Positions 1 through 13,792 of a stretch of 64,000 nucleotides of DNA are shown in pieces (the stretch's first letter is position 1; the number at the start of each line of letters is the position of its first letter). The stretch lies in NCBI GenBank assembly GCA_963724295.1, contig CAVRUC010000006.1:1-64000 (forward strand). The letters run 5' to 3'. This stretch comes from an uncultured Chloroflexia bacterium (GTDB lineage: Bacteria > Chloroflexota > Chloroflexia > Thermomicrobiales > UBA6265). The position numbers and the translations under genes are program-made. Under the pieces are notes generated by a model, which was given only the letters and a program-made list of their open reading frames with translations, was not told where the DNA came from and ran no database searches.

Positions 1-89
1 GTGCTATCTTGCGTGGTCGCGCCCGCATGCCCTCGGCACGATCCGCGCACCTCGCCCGCTCCACGCCGAGTCCTCGAGGAGTCGCTGTC

Positions 90-3678
<3,589 letters not shown>

Positions 3679-4463
3679 TTAGACGCCGAACTCGTCGGCC
3701 AGCGCAGCCGCGAGCGGCCCGCCGGGGCGCTCGCGGCGCACGCCGTCCACGAAGACATCGACGCGCTCGTCCCAGAAGGCCACCAGGCCGGCGAGCGCGG
3801 CCGCGTCCGGGAGCGGGTCCTCGTAGCCCCACAGCAGGTCCTGGTGGCCGTCGGCCGACCAGTAGGACGCCTCGCCCTTGTACGGCAATAGGTCCGGCGC
3901 GCGCTCGGCGCCAACGGCACCAGGACGTCCTCGCGCGGGAGGTAGAACCGGGTCATGAGCCGCGTCTCGTAGGCCATCCGGGCGCGCGTCGTCTCGGCCA
4001 GGACACGGCCGTCGAGCTCGATCCGGAGCGGCCGTGAGCTGAGCCGGACGTCGACGCGGTGGTACGGATCGCGCGGGTGGCCGAAGATCCGCTCGTCCTC
4101 CTCGTACCACTCGTCGAAGCCGTCGAGGTCGAGCGCGACATAGCCGGCGATGTCTTGGAGGCGGAACCCGAGTCCACCGGCGACGGGCTCACCTTCGGCG
4201 GTATGGACGGCGAACGGGATACCCGGGTGCAGGACGCCGTCGACTTCGTCGTCCGACGACGCGGCGGGCGCCAGCGGCACCCGGATGTCCGCCTCGGGCA
4301 CCGCGAACGATGGGCAGACGCGGCGCGGCTCCCAGACGAGCATCGCGCGCGTGCTGTCGACGACGGTCTCGCCGCCACGTACGCCGCGCACACGGCGTTC
4401 GATCGGCTCGTAGCGCAGCTCCTCGACCGCCCCGTCCAGCAGGTCCCGCATCCTCATGCTCAT
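3679..4463 (-). CDS. DUF427 (NTP_transf_9)-like two-domain protein, frameshift near 3885
   Basis: WYEEDERIFGHPRDPYHRVD, YETRLMTRFYLPREDV and, in another frame, PYKGEASYWS...VAFWDERVDVFVDG. Confidence 0.8.
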
Positions 4464-4491
4464 GTCCGTACTGACGGTACGCCGCACCCGC

Positions 4492-4858
4492 CTATTCCGG
4501 CACGCCGAGAACGCGCTCCAGGCGGGGATTGCGGGACGTCAGCGCGGCGCACATCGACGACCCACGCCGCCAGCAGCCACACGTACTCGTGCGGCGAGAG
4601 GACCTCGTGCAGGCGGCCGAGCATGAACGTCGCGACGAGGATCACCACGCGGATGAATCCCGAGATGCGCTTCGTGGCCATCATGAACACGCGCGTGCTC
4701 AGGAGGTAGATGCCAAGGCCGAGGCTCGGCAGCCAGTAGACGCCCCGCGGAGCCTCCCCTCGAGCAGCAACCCCACCCCGGCCGCCATCAGCAGCAGCGA
4801 GAACGCCGGCAGCAAGTGGCCGACGGCGAAGATCGCGCGCGCCATCGTCGGCGACCAC
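4492..4858 (-). pseudogene. 3' fragment of an integral membrane protein (possibly LtrA-like), 5' end missing
   Basis: Hydrophobic helices (RAIFAVGHLLPAFSLLLMAAGVGLLLEG, VYWLPSLGLGIYLL...) over shifting frames, ending at TAG 4492-4494. No start codon; it abuts the VOC gene. Confidence 0.45.
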
Positions 4859-5178
4859 GGTGATCTCGCCGTGGGGCATCCCCGTTCGTCGAGCAGTTGC
4901 CGCGCTCGCTCGAGCTCCTCGCGGCTCGCCACGCTGAAGCTGAGATGATCGAGTCCAATGCGAGCCTCGTCGAACCGATCGTTGGCCGGAGCGCGACTGG
5001 GATCGGGACTGGGGCCGAGACCCAAGCCGACGCCGCCGTTGCTGAGGAAGACGCCGGAGGGGAGATCCATCACGAACTGGAACCCGACGACCTCGGTGTA
5101 AAACTCCCGGCTGCGCTCGACGTCCGAGACGGTCAGGCGAAGATGGTGAACGGGGCCGGTGGCAATCGGCGTTGGCAT
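4859..5178 (-). pseudogene. VOC/glyoxalase family protein, C-terminus missing
   Basis: HHLRLTVSDVERSREFY and GLDHLSFSV...MPHGEIT, then loses similarity before the expected RDPDN.QLE motif. GGAGGAGG RBS upstream. Confidence 0.75.
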
Positions 5179-5217
5179 GGCAAATACCCTCCTCCGAACG
5201 GTGTAATCGCGCAGGTC

Positions 5218-5628
5218 TCAGGCTGCTTCCATATCACGTGTGCTGCCTTCATTATCCACGGTGAGCTCGAGGAAGTCGTTGACATTCACCAGGCCGAGGA
5301 CGAGGCGGACCGGCGCGGGCACGGGGCGCCGGCTCTCGTCGTGGAGGAGCCGCGGTCGCGAGAGGTGAAGCGTTCGTCCCTGCGTTTCGAGCGTGCATCC
5401 GCCATCTGCCAGGACATTGCGGACCCAATCCGCGTTGGAACCATAGGTCAAGGCGATGATGTAGCGATCACCTCGCCGGAAGACATTGACGGGCGTGCGG
5501 TACTGCCGCAGTGACCTTCGTCCAGTATGGACGACGACACCAAACCCAGGCAGGCGCGTTGCCAGCCCGCCGAGCAGGTGATTCGTCACCCGGCGGTTCA
5601 TGCGTGCGATGGAGCGAGGCAGTGGCAT
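5218..5628 (-). CDS. nitroreductase family deazaflavin (F420)-dependent oxidoreductase
   Basis: HTGRRS..QYRTPVN, YGSNADWVRNVLA motifs. Confidence 0.8.
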   Translation of the reverse strand: MPLPRSIARMNRRVTNHLLGGLATRLPGFGVVVHTGRRSLRQYRTPVNVFRRGDRYIIALTYGSNADWVRNVLADGGCTLETQGRTLHLSRPRLLHDESRRPVPAPVRLVLGLVNVNDFLELTVDNEGSTRDMEAA

Positions 5629-5679
5629 GGGAAAAATCACCCGCCGGTCTTGGCCCAAACTCTCGTCTTATCGACGGTT

Positions 5680-8600
5680 CTAGGTCGAGAGGATCAGGCG
5701 TAACGAAACGACTTCAAATGGGCGCACGTCGAGGTGGACGGCTCTCCCGTCGTCAACGAGCACCGGTGCGGGACCTTCGTCCGGCTCCTCCAGCAGATTG
5801 ACCCGATCGATGCGGCGCAGCGGCATCGGGAAGCGCAGCGTGGCGCGCCCGCGATTGCCGTGCGGCTCGTGCAGGCGCAGGATGAGCCCTTCTCCATCCT
5901 CGGCTCGCTTCAGGCTGCCGAGCGTAAGCGGCAGACCGTCGAGGTCGAGGAGGTGATCGATCTCTCCTTGAGGTCCGCCGTCCGCGGCTGGGGCCGCGAT
6001 CAGCGGCGAGTTCAGCGCGAACGCTTCGCCGACGACATTGCCCTCGGTCCAGTCTCCCGGATGCGGGAAAAGGCTGTAGGTGAAGGCATGGCGTCCTTCA
6101 TCCGCGCCCGGGTCCGGGAAGAGCGGGCTGCGTAACAGGCTGATTGCCAGCACGTTGCCATGCGCGGAGTAGCCGTATTTCGCGTCATTGAGCAGCGCGA
6201 CGCCATAGTCCGGTTCGGAGAGATCGGCAAAGCGATGTCCGCTGACCTCGTAGCGGGCGGCGTCCCAGGACGTGTTGCGGTGGGTTGGGCGGCGCGTCAC
6301 CCCGTACAACGTCTCGTAGGTCGCCTCATGGCTGTGCACGGCAAGCGGGAAGCGCGCTTGCAGGTACGTCTGCCGCTCATGCCAGTCGATGCGGGTAGCG
6401 ATGTCCAGCCGCCGCGAGCCGGCTAGCAGGCGGTACGTCTGCTCGATGCGAGAGTCCCGCCAGGCGCGACGAACGCGGACGGCGCCGCGCAGCGGTCCTG
6501 TCTCGACGACCTCGATTGACTCGACGCTCTCGATCTCCGTTCCCTCGTCTTCGTAGTTCTCCTCGATATCCCAGGCGTCGTAGGTGCGTGGTTTGTCGAC
6601 GTAGACCCAGAGCTGGTTGCCACGATCGGCGAGCGCATCCCGATCGCCAGCCGCCTTGTCGACGACGTGGCGCAGCGTGCCGTCGTCGCCAATCTCGATG
6701 CGCAGGAGCTCGTTCTCGAGCATGGTTCCACCCGCCAGCTGTTCCGCGCGGACGGCACTGGAACCGGGCGCGGCGGGGCGAGGAGCGCCTGGGGCAAGGG
6801 ACAGGTTTAGCCAGCCGAGACCTGGGACGACGCGCGCGGGATCGTGGACGAGGAGCCCCTCCTCTACCGGCTGGGCTGGCAGCGGCGCGCCGTCGGGAGC
6901 GGTGACCGACGACTCCTCGTCGCGCCCCGCCAGCAGCACTGTCAGCGGTCGCGGCGCGAGGGCGGCGTTGGCGACGGTCACTCGTGGACTCGATGCAGAG
7001 TCCTGCCCTATTCCCCCGAGGTGCGCCAGGGCCGCGTCGCGCACGGCCGTTGCGGTGCGCACCACCCCCTCCAGCTCCGGAATCGTGTCCTGGTAGACCT
7101 CGGCGATGGAGGAGCCGGGGATGATGTCGTGGAACTGATTGAGCAGGACCGTCTTCCAGGCGGTCTCGATCTCATCGTGCGGGTAGGAGAAGCCGGAGAG
7201 CTGGGCGATGGCCGCGAAGGCTTCGGCTTCGAGGAGCCGGTGCTCGCCGGCGCGGTTGAGCGCCTTCGTGCGGGCCTGGGTGGTCAGCGTCCCCCGGTGG
7301 AACTCCAGGTAGAGCTCGCCCACCCAGACCGGCAGACCCGATTCCGGCAGCGCGGCGAAGTACTCCTCGATGTGCGCCATGCGCAGGAGCGGCAGTGCCG
7401 GGAACTCCCGGATGCGCGCGTAGTTCTCGAGCATGCGAGCCGATGGCCCGCCGCCGCCGTCACCCCAGCCGAAGGCAAACAGGCTCTCCGGGTGCTGGCG
7501 CTTGCCCCCGAAATTGCGCCATGTGCCGAGGGCGTCGAGTGGGGCGATGTTCCCGTTGTAGCCATGGGCAGGTGACAGGTTGCGGAACATGTTGGCGGTC
7601 ACCCGGCTACCGTCGATCCCTTCCCAGGTGAAGAGGTCATAGGGGAAAAAGTTCTCTTCGTTCCAGTTGAGCTTGGTGGTGAAGAAGCCGTCGATCCCGG
7701 CCCCGCGCAGGAGCTGGGGGATCCCGCCCGAGAACCCGAAGACGTCCGGCAGCCACGCCACCCTCGAGCGTTTGCCAAACCAGGCCTGGAAGGCGCGTTG
7801 CCCGTAGAGGAGCTGCCGGACATACGACTCGCCGCCGGTGATCTGGGAGTCCGGCTCGACCCACGAGCCGCCGATCGGCTCCCAGCGACCCTCGGCGACG
7901 CGCTCTTTGACCCGCGCGAAGAGATCGGGAGCGTCCTCCTCGATCCAGGCGTAGAGCTGGGCCGACGACTGGTTGAACGTGAAATCGGGGTAGCGCTCCA
8001 TCAGGTCGAGCACGGTGGCGAAGGTGCGACGCCCCTTGCGCCTCGTCTCCGCCACCGGCCAGAGCCAGGCCAGGTCGATGTGGGCGTGGCCGGTGAGCGC
8101 CAGCCGCCCGACCGGGGGGTAGTCCTGCTTGAGGCGTTCCAGTCGTTGCGCGACCTCGCTGCGGGCGGTTTGGACCGCGTCGAGCGCCGCGGCCGGCAAT
8201 GGCTCCAGGGGCAGAGGAGGTGGGGGCAGATGCCAGATCGGCGACGAGTAGGGGTGGACGTCGTACGCCTCGACCGCGTAACTGGCTGAGATCGTATTGA
8301 CGCCACTGCCGATCGGGTTGACGTAGCCGAGCGCGAGCCGCGACACGGCCGTGTCCGAGGCCGACGGCCAGACCGGACCGTAGATCGCGAAGGCCGCTTC
8401 GACGATATCCAGCAGGTGGGGTACGACCTCGTGGTCGCCCAGCTCCCGGGCAGCCTGGGCGATCATGGTCAGATCCCGCTCGAGCGCCCGCACCTCAGCG
8501 TGAGGAACGACGAAGTGGGCTCGCTCCAGGCGCGGCTCGTCAACGTGGCTGCCGAACATCCCCTTCGGCACGACCTCGGCCTCGATCGCGATCTGCTCGC

Positions 8601-8934
8601 CGCGCGCTGCGTCGCTGATGGGGAAGCTGTGGTGAAAAGGGTCGAGCCCGGCCTGGAAACCAGTCGACAGCCGCACGAACCCCTCGCCACCGAGCCAGAG
8701 CTCCAGCTCGACGGGCTCGCCTGCCCAGGCTTCCGGCACGGCACCGCCGGCCGCGAACTGGACCGGCGTGGCGACCACCGGCCAGAAGTCCCCAAGGGTG
8801 AGGCTGGTGCTCGTACCACCGGCGGTGAACGACCACTCCCCGATCGGGTGCTCGCGGGCATTACGCCAGGCGCGCAGCTCTTCCAGGCGCCGACCAATCC
8901 GCGCGTGACGCCGCTCATCGTACCGGCTGGACAC
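5680..8934 (-). CDS. alpha-mannosidase, glycoside hydrolase family 38
   Basis: GHAHIDLAWLWP, WLPDVFG, GELYLEFHRGT, NQFHDIIPGSSI motifs; 1084 aa. Confidence 0.95.
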   Translation of the reverse strand: MSSRYDERRHARIGRRLEELRAWRNAREHPIGEWSFTAGGTSTSLTLGDFWPVVATPVQFAAGGAVPEAWAGEPVELELWLGGEGFVRLSTGFQAGLDPFHHSFPISDAARGEQIAIEAEVVPKGMFGSHVDEPRLERAHFVVPHAEVRALERDLTMIAQAARELGDHEVVPHLLDIVEAAFAIYGPVWPSASDTAVSRLALGYVNPIGSGVNTISASYAVEAYDVHPYSSPIWHLPPPPLPLEPLPAAALDAVQTARSEVAQRLERLKQDYPPVGRLALTGHAHIDLAWLWPVAETRRKGRRTFATVLDLMERYPDFTFNQSSAQLYAWIEEDAPDLFARVKERVAEGRWEPIGGSWVEPDSQITGGESYVRQLLYGQRAFQAWFGKRSRVAWLPDVFGFSGGIPQLLRGAGIDGFFTTKLNWNEENFFPYDLFTWEGIDGSRVTANMFRNLSPAHGYNGNIAPLDALGTWRNFGGKRQHPESLFAFGWGDGGGGPSARMLENYARIREFPALPLLRMAHIEEYFAALPESGLPVWVGELYLEFHRGTLTTQARTKALNRAGEHRLLEAEAFAAIAQLSGFSYPHDEIETAWKTVLLNQFHDIIPGSSIAEVYQDTIPELEGVVRTATAVRDAALAHLGGIGQDSASSPRVTVANAALAPRPLTVLLAGRDEESSVTAPDGAPLPAQPVEEGLLVHDPARVVPGLGWLNLSLAPGAPRPAAPGSSAVRAEQLAGGTMLENELLRIEIGDDGTLRHVVDKAAGDRDALADRGNQLWVYVDKPRTYDAWDIEENYEDEGTEIESVESIEVVETGPLRGAVRVRRAWRDSRIEQTYRLLAGSRRLDIATRIDWHERQTYLQARFPLAVHSHEATYETLYGVTRRPTHRNTSWDAARYEVSGHRFADLSEPDYGVALLNDAKYGYSAHGNVLAISLLRSPLFPDPGADEGRHAFTYSLFPHPGDWTEGNVVGEAFALNSPLIAAPAADGGPQGEIDHLLDLDGLPLTLGSLKRAEDGEGLILRLHEPHGNRGRATLRFPMPLRRIDRVNLLEEPDEGPAPVLVDDGRAVHLDVRPFEVVSLRLILST

Positions 8935-8957
8935 GGTTTGTCTCCTCTACGAATCGA

Positions 8958-9142
8958 AGGGGGTGCCGCTCCGCTCAGGGGGTGCCGGCTTCGCCTCAGG
9001 GGGTGCCGGCTTCGCTTAGGGGGAAAGGAGGACGATGGCAGTCTTCCTCTTCCTCCTTTCCCCCTGAGTCCGCGCAGCGGACGTCACCCCCTGAGGGAGC
9101 GGAGCGACCGGCACCCCCTGAGCCGAAGGCGACTCCCCCTCA
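8958..9142. repeat. REP-like cruciform inverted-repeat element, copy A
   Basis: AGGGGG-containing units on the left and CCCCCTGAG units on the right around a TAGGGGGAAAGGAGGA/TCCTCCTTTCCCCCTG stem. Shares an identical 29-mer (9114-9142) with 59919-59947. Confidence 0.8.
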
Positions 9143-10090
9143 CTTGATGCTGCCGAGACTGATGCCCTCGACGAAGGCGCGTTGGAAGAGGAGGAAGAGG
9201 GCAACCACCGGCAGGACGACGAGGGTCGAGGCGGCCATGAGGAGGCTGAACTGAAGCTCACGTTGCGACTGGAAGAAGGTCAGCCCAAGGGCGAGGGTGT
9301 ACTTGGTGTCGTCCAGGAGGAAGATCAGGGGACCGATGAAGTCGTTCCAGGCATGCAGCCCCGCGAAGATGCTGATGACTCCGATGGCGGGGAGCGCCTG
9401 GGGGAGGACGATCTGATAGAAGATGCGGAATTCGCTGGCGCCGTCGATGCGCGCCGCATCCGACATGTCTTGCGGAACCTGCATCAGGAACTGGCGCATG
9501 AGAAAGATCCAGAACGCATTGCCGAAGAACAGCGGCACCACCAGTGGCAGGTAGGTGTTGATCCAGTTCCCCCCCAACGTCAGCGACCCGTCGACGAGCA
9601 TCGGGCGCGGCAGCTTGGCAAAGATGTCGAAGAGGGCGACGATGAGCACCGGGTAGGGTATGAAGACCGTCGCCAGCACGACGTAGAAGACCTTGTCGCG
9701 GCCGGGCCAGTCGATGCGGGAGAAGCCGTAGGCGATGATCGGATTGGAGATGACCGAGCCGATGATGGTCAGCGCCGTGATGATCGACGTGTTGGCCAGG
9801 TACTGGAAGAAAGGGATGTACTCGACGGCGTCCCGGAAGTTCGACCAGACGAACTCGCTCGGCCAGAGGACGGGCGGATAGGCCATCAGATCTTCGCGCG
9901 TCTTGAGCGCGGTGGCGACCATCCAGTAGAAGGGCAGGATGAAGAGGGCACAGACGAGGATCAGCACGATCCTCGGCACCGCCTGCTGCCCGAGCTGTCT
10001 GGAGAGCCAGGCGCGGCTGGCTGCAAGTGAGGATCTGGTGTCCACTGGCAGGGGCGCGGCGCCCACCATCGGCTGCTCTCTGGCCATCAT
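9140..10090 (-). CDS. carbohydrate ABC transporter permease (MalG-like)
   Basis: TM helices, DAARIDGAS EAA loop, WNDFIGPLIFL. Confidence 0.93.
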   Translation of the reverse strand: MMAREQPMVGAAPLPVDTRSSLAASRAWLSRQLGQQAVPRIVLILVCALFILPFYWMVATALKTREDLMAYPPVLWPSEFVWSNFRDAVEYIPFFQYLANTSIITALTIIGSVISNPIIAYGFSRIDWPGRDKVFYVVLATVFIPYPVLIVALFDIFAKLPRPMLVDGSLTLGGNWINTYLPLVVPLFFGNAFWIFLMRQFLMQVPQDMSDAARIDGASEFRIFYQIVLPQALPAIGVISIFAGLHAWNDFIGPLIFLLDDTKYTLALGLTFFQSQRELQFSLLMAASTLVVLPVVALFLLFQRAFVEGISLGSIK

Positions 10091-10102
10091 CTCCCCCTTG
10101 CG

Positions 10103-11035
10103 CTACGCGCCCTCATAGTAGACCCACCGCCGCGACCACCGGAAGATCGTCATCGCCAGGAAAAAGGTGATGACGAAGAGGATCCACGCCATCGCTGAGG
10201 CGTAGCCCATCTTGCCGTATTGGAAGGCGTTTTCGTACAGGTAGAGGACGTAGAACCGGCTGGCGTCGGCCGGTCCGCCTCGGGTGATGACGTAGGCCTG
10301 GGTGAAGACCTGCAACCCCAGACTGAGCCCGAGGATCAGGTCGTAGAGGATCACCGGCGTCATCATCGGCAAGGTGATATTGCGAAACCGGCTCCAGGCT
10401 CCGGCGCCGTCGAGCTTCGCCGCCTCGTAGAGTGTGACCGGGATCCCTTTCAGCCCGGCCAGAAAGATCAACGCGACCTGTCCGGCACCGAACTGCGCCA
10501 GGAAGACGAAGGCGAGTTTGGTCCACTGCGGATCGCCGAACCAGTTGACGTTGGGCAGACCGAGGCGAAGCAGGATCTGATTGAAGATGCCCTGGGTCGG
10601 GTTCATCAGGATCGCAAAGATGAAGGAGAGGGCAAAGAGCGGGATGACCGACGGCAGGTACAGAATGGCTCGATAGATGGGCACCTCTGGCAGCGGCTGG
10701 TTCATCGCCAGGGCCAGCCCCATCGCCACGACCACCCCGATCGGCACCGCCAGCGCCGTGTAGTAGAGCGTGTTGTAGAGCGACGTCCAGAAGAGCTCAT
10801 CGTTGAGGAGGTCCCGGTAGTTGCCGAGACCGATCCACTCCGGCTCACCGAATCCGGTGTAGTCGGTGAAGCTGATGCGCAGGGTATAGAGGATCGGGTA
10901 GACCAGAAAGGCGAGGAAGCCGAAGATCCACGGACTGATGAAGAGGAGCCCGACGACGAGGTTGTGGCGCTCCTTGCGCGTGAGGCGGAGACGGTTGAAC
11001 GGACCCGGCTGGATGGGCGTCGCAATCTTCACCAA
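10103..11035 (-). CDS. carbohydrate ABC transporter permease (MalF-like)
   Basis: WIGLGNY, LYEAAKLDGAGAWSRFRNITLP, GYASAMAW. Confidence 0.93.
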   Translation of the reverse strand: MVKIATPIQPGPFNRLRLTRKERHNLVVGLLFISPWIFGFLAFLVYPILYTLRISFTDYTGFGEPEWIGLGNYRDLLNDELFWTSLYNTLYYTALAVPIGVVVAMGLALAMNQPLPEVPIYRAILYLPSVIPLFALSFIFAILMNPTQGIFNQILLRLGLPNVNWFGDPQWTKLAFVFLAQFGAGQVALIFLAGLKGIPVTLYEAAKLDGAGAWSRFRNITLPMMTPVILYDLILGLSLGLQVFTQAYVITRGGPADASRFYVLYLYENAFQYGKMGYASAMAWILFVITFFLAMTIFRWSRRWVYYEGA

Positions 11036-11130
11036 TCGCCTCCCCTCTCAGGCGCGGGCAGCGGCGGACTCAGCGCCGGCGATAGACCGCGGCGGCCGGT
11101 GCTGAGCACCGGCCGCCGCGATTCGTCGCA

Positions 11131-12516
11131 TCAAGCAATCTCGATCGGGCAGAACCCTTCCAGGTCGGGCTGGACGCGCTCCTTGACCGTGGCCAGCGCG
11201 GCCGCCGGCTCCTCCTGGTTCAGGTAGATCCTCTCCATCGCGCTCGTGAGCTCGTTCCAGTACCGCGCCCCGACCGGCAGTGGCGGCCGGTTCTTCGCGG
11301 TTGGCAGGAGCGTCCGGGCGAAGAAGAGGTGCTGCGGGTCCGGGAAGAGGTCGTCTTCCGCAAGCAGATTGTTGAACGTCGGCAGATGCGCGGTCTCCGT
11401 CGTGTAACTGCGCTGCCCCGGTTCTCCCGCGATGTACTGCAAGAATTGCCAGGCGCCTTCCGGGTTCTTGGCGCCTTGCGGGATGACCATCGACCAGCCG
11501 CCGGCCCAGGTCGCCGACTCGTCGCCTTCCGCCGGCACCGGGATAACGGTCAGCCCAAATTCCATGTCGGGTGCGTATTCCGGGATTTGTTTGAGGGCCC
11601 AGTCGCCGGTGATCGCGAACCCGACGCGCTGGGTGAGGAAGTACTGCTGCTCCTCGGGAACGGGAGGAACGACCCCCATCCTTTGTGGTCCGGAGAAGGC
11701 GTTGACTTTCTGGGGGTCGAGCGCCGCGACGTAGTCGTAGAGCCACTGGTGACCGGCGACGACGCCTTCGTTATCGGGGGTCAGCTCACAGGCAGCCTCG
11801 TCGAAGAAGGTGCCGCCGAAGGCGAACCCATAGGTGTAGTGCCACTCCTGCTGGGTGTAGCCCGCGTACCCCATGCGAGTGAAGTTGCCGTCGGCGTCGG
11901 TCTCGTTGAGCTGGTTGGCGAACTCAGCTAACTGGTCCCACGTGATGGGACCATTTTCGATGTCGAGCTCGGCGGGATCGATTCCACCTTCCTGCAGCAT
12001 GCCGATGTTGTAGAAAAGAGCGCGCGCGTCGGTGTCGAAGGGGAGGGCAAACGGCGCGCCCTGGAATGTCGCCTCCGCCTGAGCGAAGGGAATGTACCCG
12101 GACAGGTCGGCTTCAAACTCGCTGAGATCCTGGAGCACGCCCTCCGAGGCGCGCTGGGCGACGATGAAGCGGTCGAGCATGTAGACGTCGGGACCGACGC
12201 CACCGCGGACGGCGGTCATCAGTGCCGTCGTGTCGGTCTCGCCTCCAACCTTCTGGGTCAGCGTGACCTGCACGTCGGGGTTTTCCCCGTTGAAGGCGTC
12301 GACGATCGCCTGCAAGGCTTCGAGGTCCGGTGGGGTGTGGGTCGTCCAGAACGCCACTTCCGATGCTTGGCGAGCATAAGCTGGGTTGGCGCGGAGGGCC
12401 GAGCTAATTGAAGTCGCGGAGATACCAAGCGCGCTCGCGCTCTGGATGAAGTGGCGGCGGGTGATACGGCCGCTGCGCATCTTTCGCGTGAGGTCTTTAA
12501 AGGTCGGGTTACCCAT
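11131..12516 (-). CDS. sugar ABC transporter substrate-binding protein with Tat signal
   Basis: ITRRHFI twin-arginine signal; GVGPDV, ALPFDTDARALFYN, AGGWSMVIP motifs. Confidence 0.9.
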   Translation of the reverse strand: MGNPTFKDLTRKMRSGRITRRHFIQSASALGISATSISSALRANPAYARQASEVAFWTTHTPPDLEALQAIVDAFNGENPDVQVTLTQKVGGETDTTALMTAVRGGVGPDVYMLDRFIVAQRASEGVLQDLSEFEADLSGYIPFAQAEATFQGAPFALPFDTDARALFYNIGMLQEGGIDPAELDIENGPITWDQLAEFANQLNETDADGNFTRMGYAGYTQQEWHYTYGFAFGGTFFDEAACELTPDNEGVVAGHQWLYDYVAALDPQKVNAFSGPQRMGVVPPVPEEQQYFLTQRVGFAITGDWALKQIPEYAPDMEFGLTVIPVPAEGDESATWAGGWSMVIPQGAKNPEGAWQFLQYIAGEPGQRSYTTETAHLPTFNNLLAEDDLFPDPQHLFFARTLLPTAKNRPPLPVGARYWNELTSAMERIYLNQEEPAAALATVKERVQPDLEGFCPIEIA

Positions 12517-12863
12517 GAATCGTCTCCCTTCGTCTAGCCGGCGCTGCCGGCGCACCAATGCGCCGGTCAATCACTGCCATGCCGCGCGAGTCAGACGACT
12601 ACCCCGGTGCAAAGAAGCTCGCCGCTGATCGCTGTGAGCGACGCTTCCTCGGCCTGCTGGGGTCGCCTGGATTTCCTCGGGGTTGCGCTCGGTAGTCCTC
12701 CCTTCCTGGATAAAAATGAAAAATGGACGAGCATTGATCCGGCACTGAGATCAGGCGTGAACGGTAGGGTGGGAGGTCGGAATCGTTGCCCGCGTGGGCG
12801 GCATTATATCGCCTGAATCTATCCGCGGGTGAGTCAGACGGAAACATCTGTCAGACGAAAGGC

Positions 12864-13742
12864 TCAGACCCGGTGTCCACCACCGACGAAGAGGCGCTGG
12901 CCGGTGACCCAGCGCGCTTGCTCGGAGGCGAGGAACACGACCACGTCGGCCACATCGTCTGGCCGCCCCATGCGCCCAAGTGGGATGTCCGCCACGATCG
13001 GTTGCTCCGCGTCCGCGGGGATCCACCCGGTCTGGATCGGCCCCGGGGCCACCACGTTGACGGTGATTCCGTACTGACCGAGCTCCATGGCGGCAGATCG
13101 ACTGTAGGACTCCAGCGCCGCTTTGCTGGCGCCGTAGGACACCTCGCCCGGAAAGCAGTCGGCTCCGTCCGTACTGATGTTGACGATTCTTCCCCAGACC
13201 GCTCCACGATTGACGTGCCGGCGCGCGTACTCGGCCATGACGAGGGCCAGGGCCCGGCTGTTGACGGCGAAGTGCCGATCGTGGCTTTCCGCGTCGACTG
13301 TGAAGCGCATGCGGCCCGCCCAATCCTCTTCGGGGCTGGGGTATTGGATGAAGCTGTCGGAAACGCTGTGGGCGGCGTTATTGATCAGGATGTCGACCGG
13401 ACCCAGGGTCTTCTCCACCCGATCGAACAGCTCGGGAATGGCCCCAGCGTCGGCGAGGTCGATCTCCGCTGACCCGACGCGAGCTCCATGCTCACGGAGG
13501 CGGCCAAGTACCGCGTCGGGTGCGTCGGCGTTTCGCGCCCGGTAGAACGCCTCGCCTGGGGTCGTCGCCGCCGCTGCCGTGGCGGCATCGATCCCGAATG
13601 CTTCCGGCCGGCTGCGCAGGTACGTGATGAAGACAGACGCGTCCTGGGCGGCGAAGGCTTCGGCGATCGCGGCGCCAATGCCGAAGGGGTTGTTGGCGCC
13701 GGTGACCAGCACCACCTTGCCCTGCAACCCGGGATCGATCAT
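12864..13742 (-). CDS. SDR family oxidoreductase
   Basis: VTGANNPFGIG, LINNAA, YGASK, NVVAPGPIQTG. Confidence 0.92.
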   Translation of the reverse strand: MIDPGLQGKVVLVTGANNPFGIGAAIAEAFAAQDASVFITYLRSRPEAFGIDAATAAAATTPGEAFYRARNADAPDAVLGRLREHGARVGSAEIDLADAGAIPELFDRVEKTLGPVDILINNAAHSVSDSFIQYPSPEEDWAGRMRFTVDAESHDRHFAVNSRALALVMAEYARRHVNRGAVWGRIVNISTDGADCFPGEVSYGASKAALESYSRSAAMELGQYGITVNVVAPGPIQTGWIPADAEQPIVADIPLGRMGRPDDVADVVVFLASEQARWVTGQRLFVGGGHRV

Positions 13743-13792
13743 CAAGAAATTCCTCCGGAACATTCGGGTCACGCGTGAAGCAACCGCTCCGG

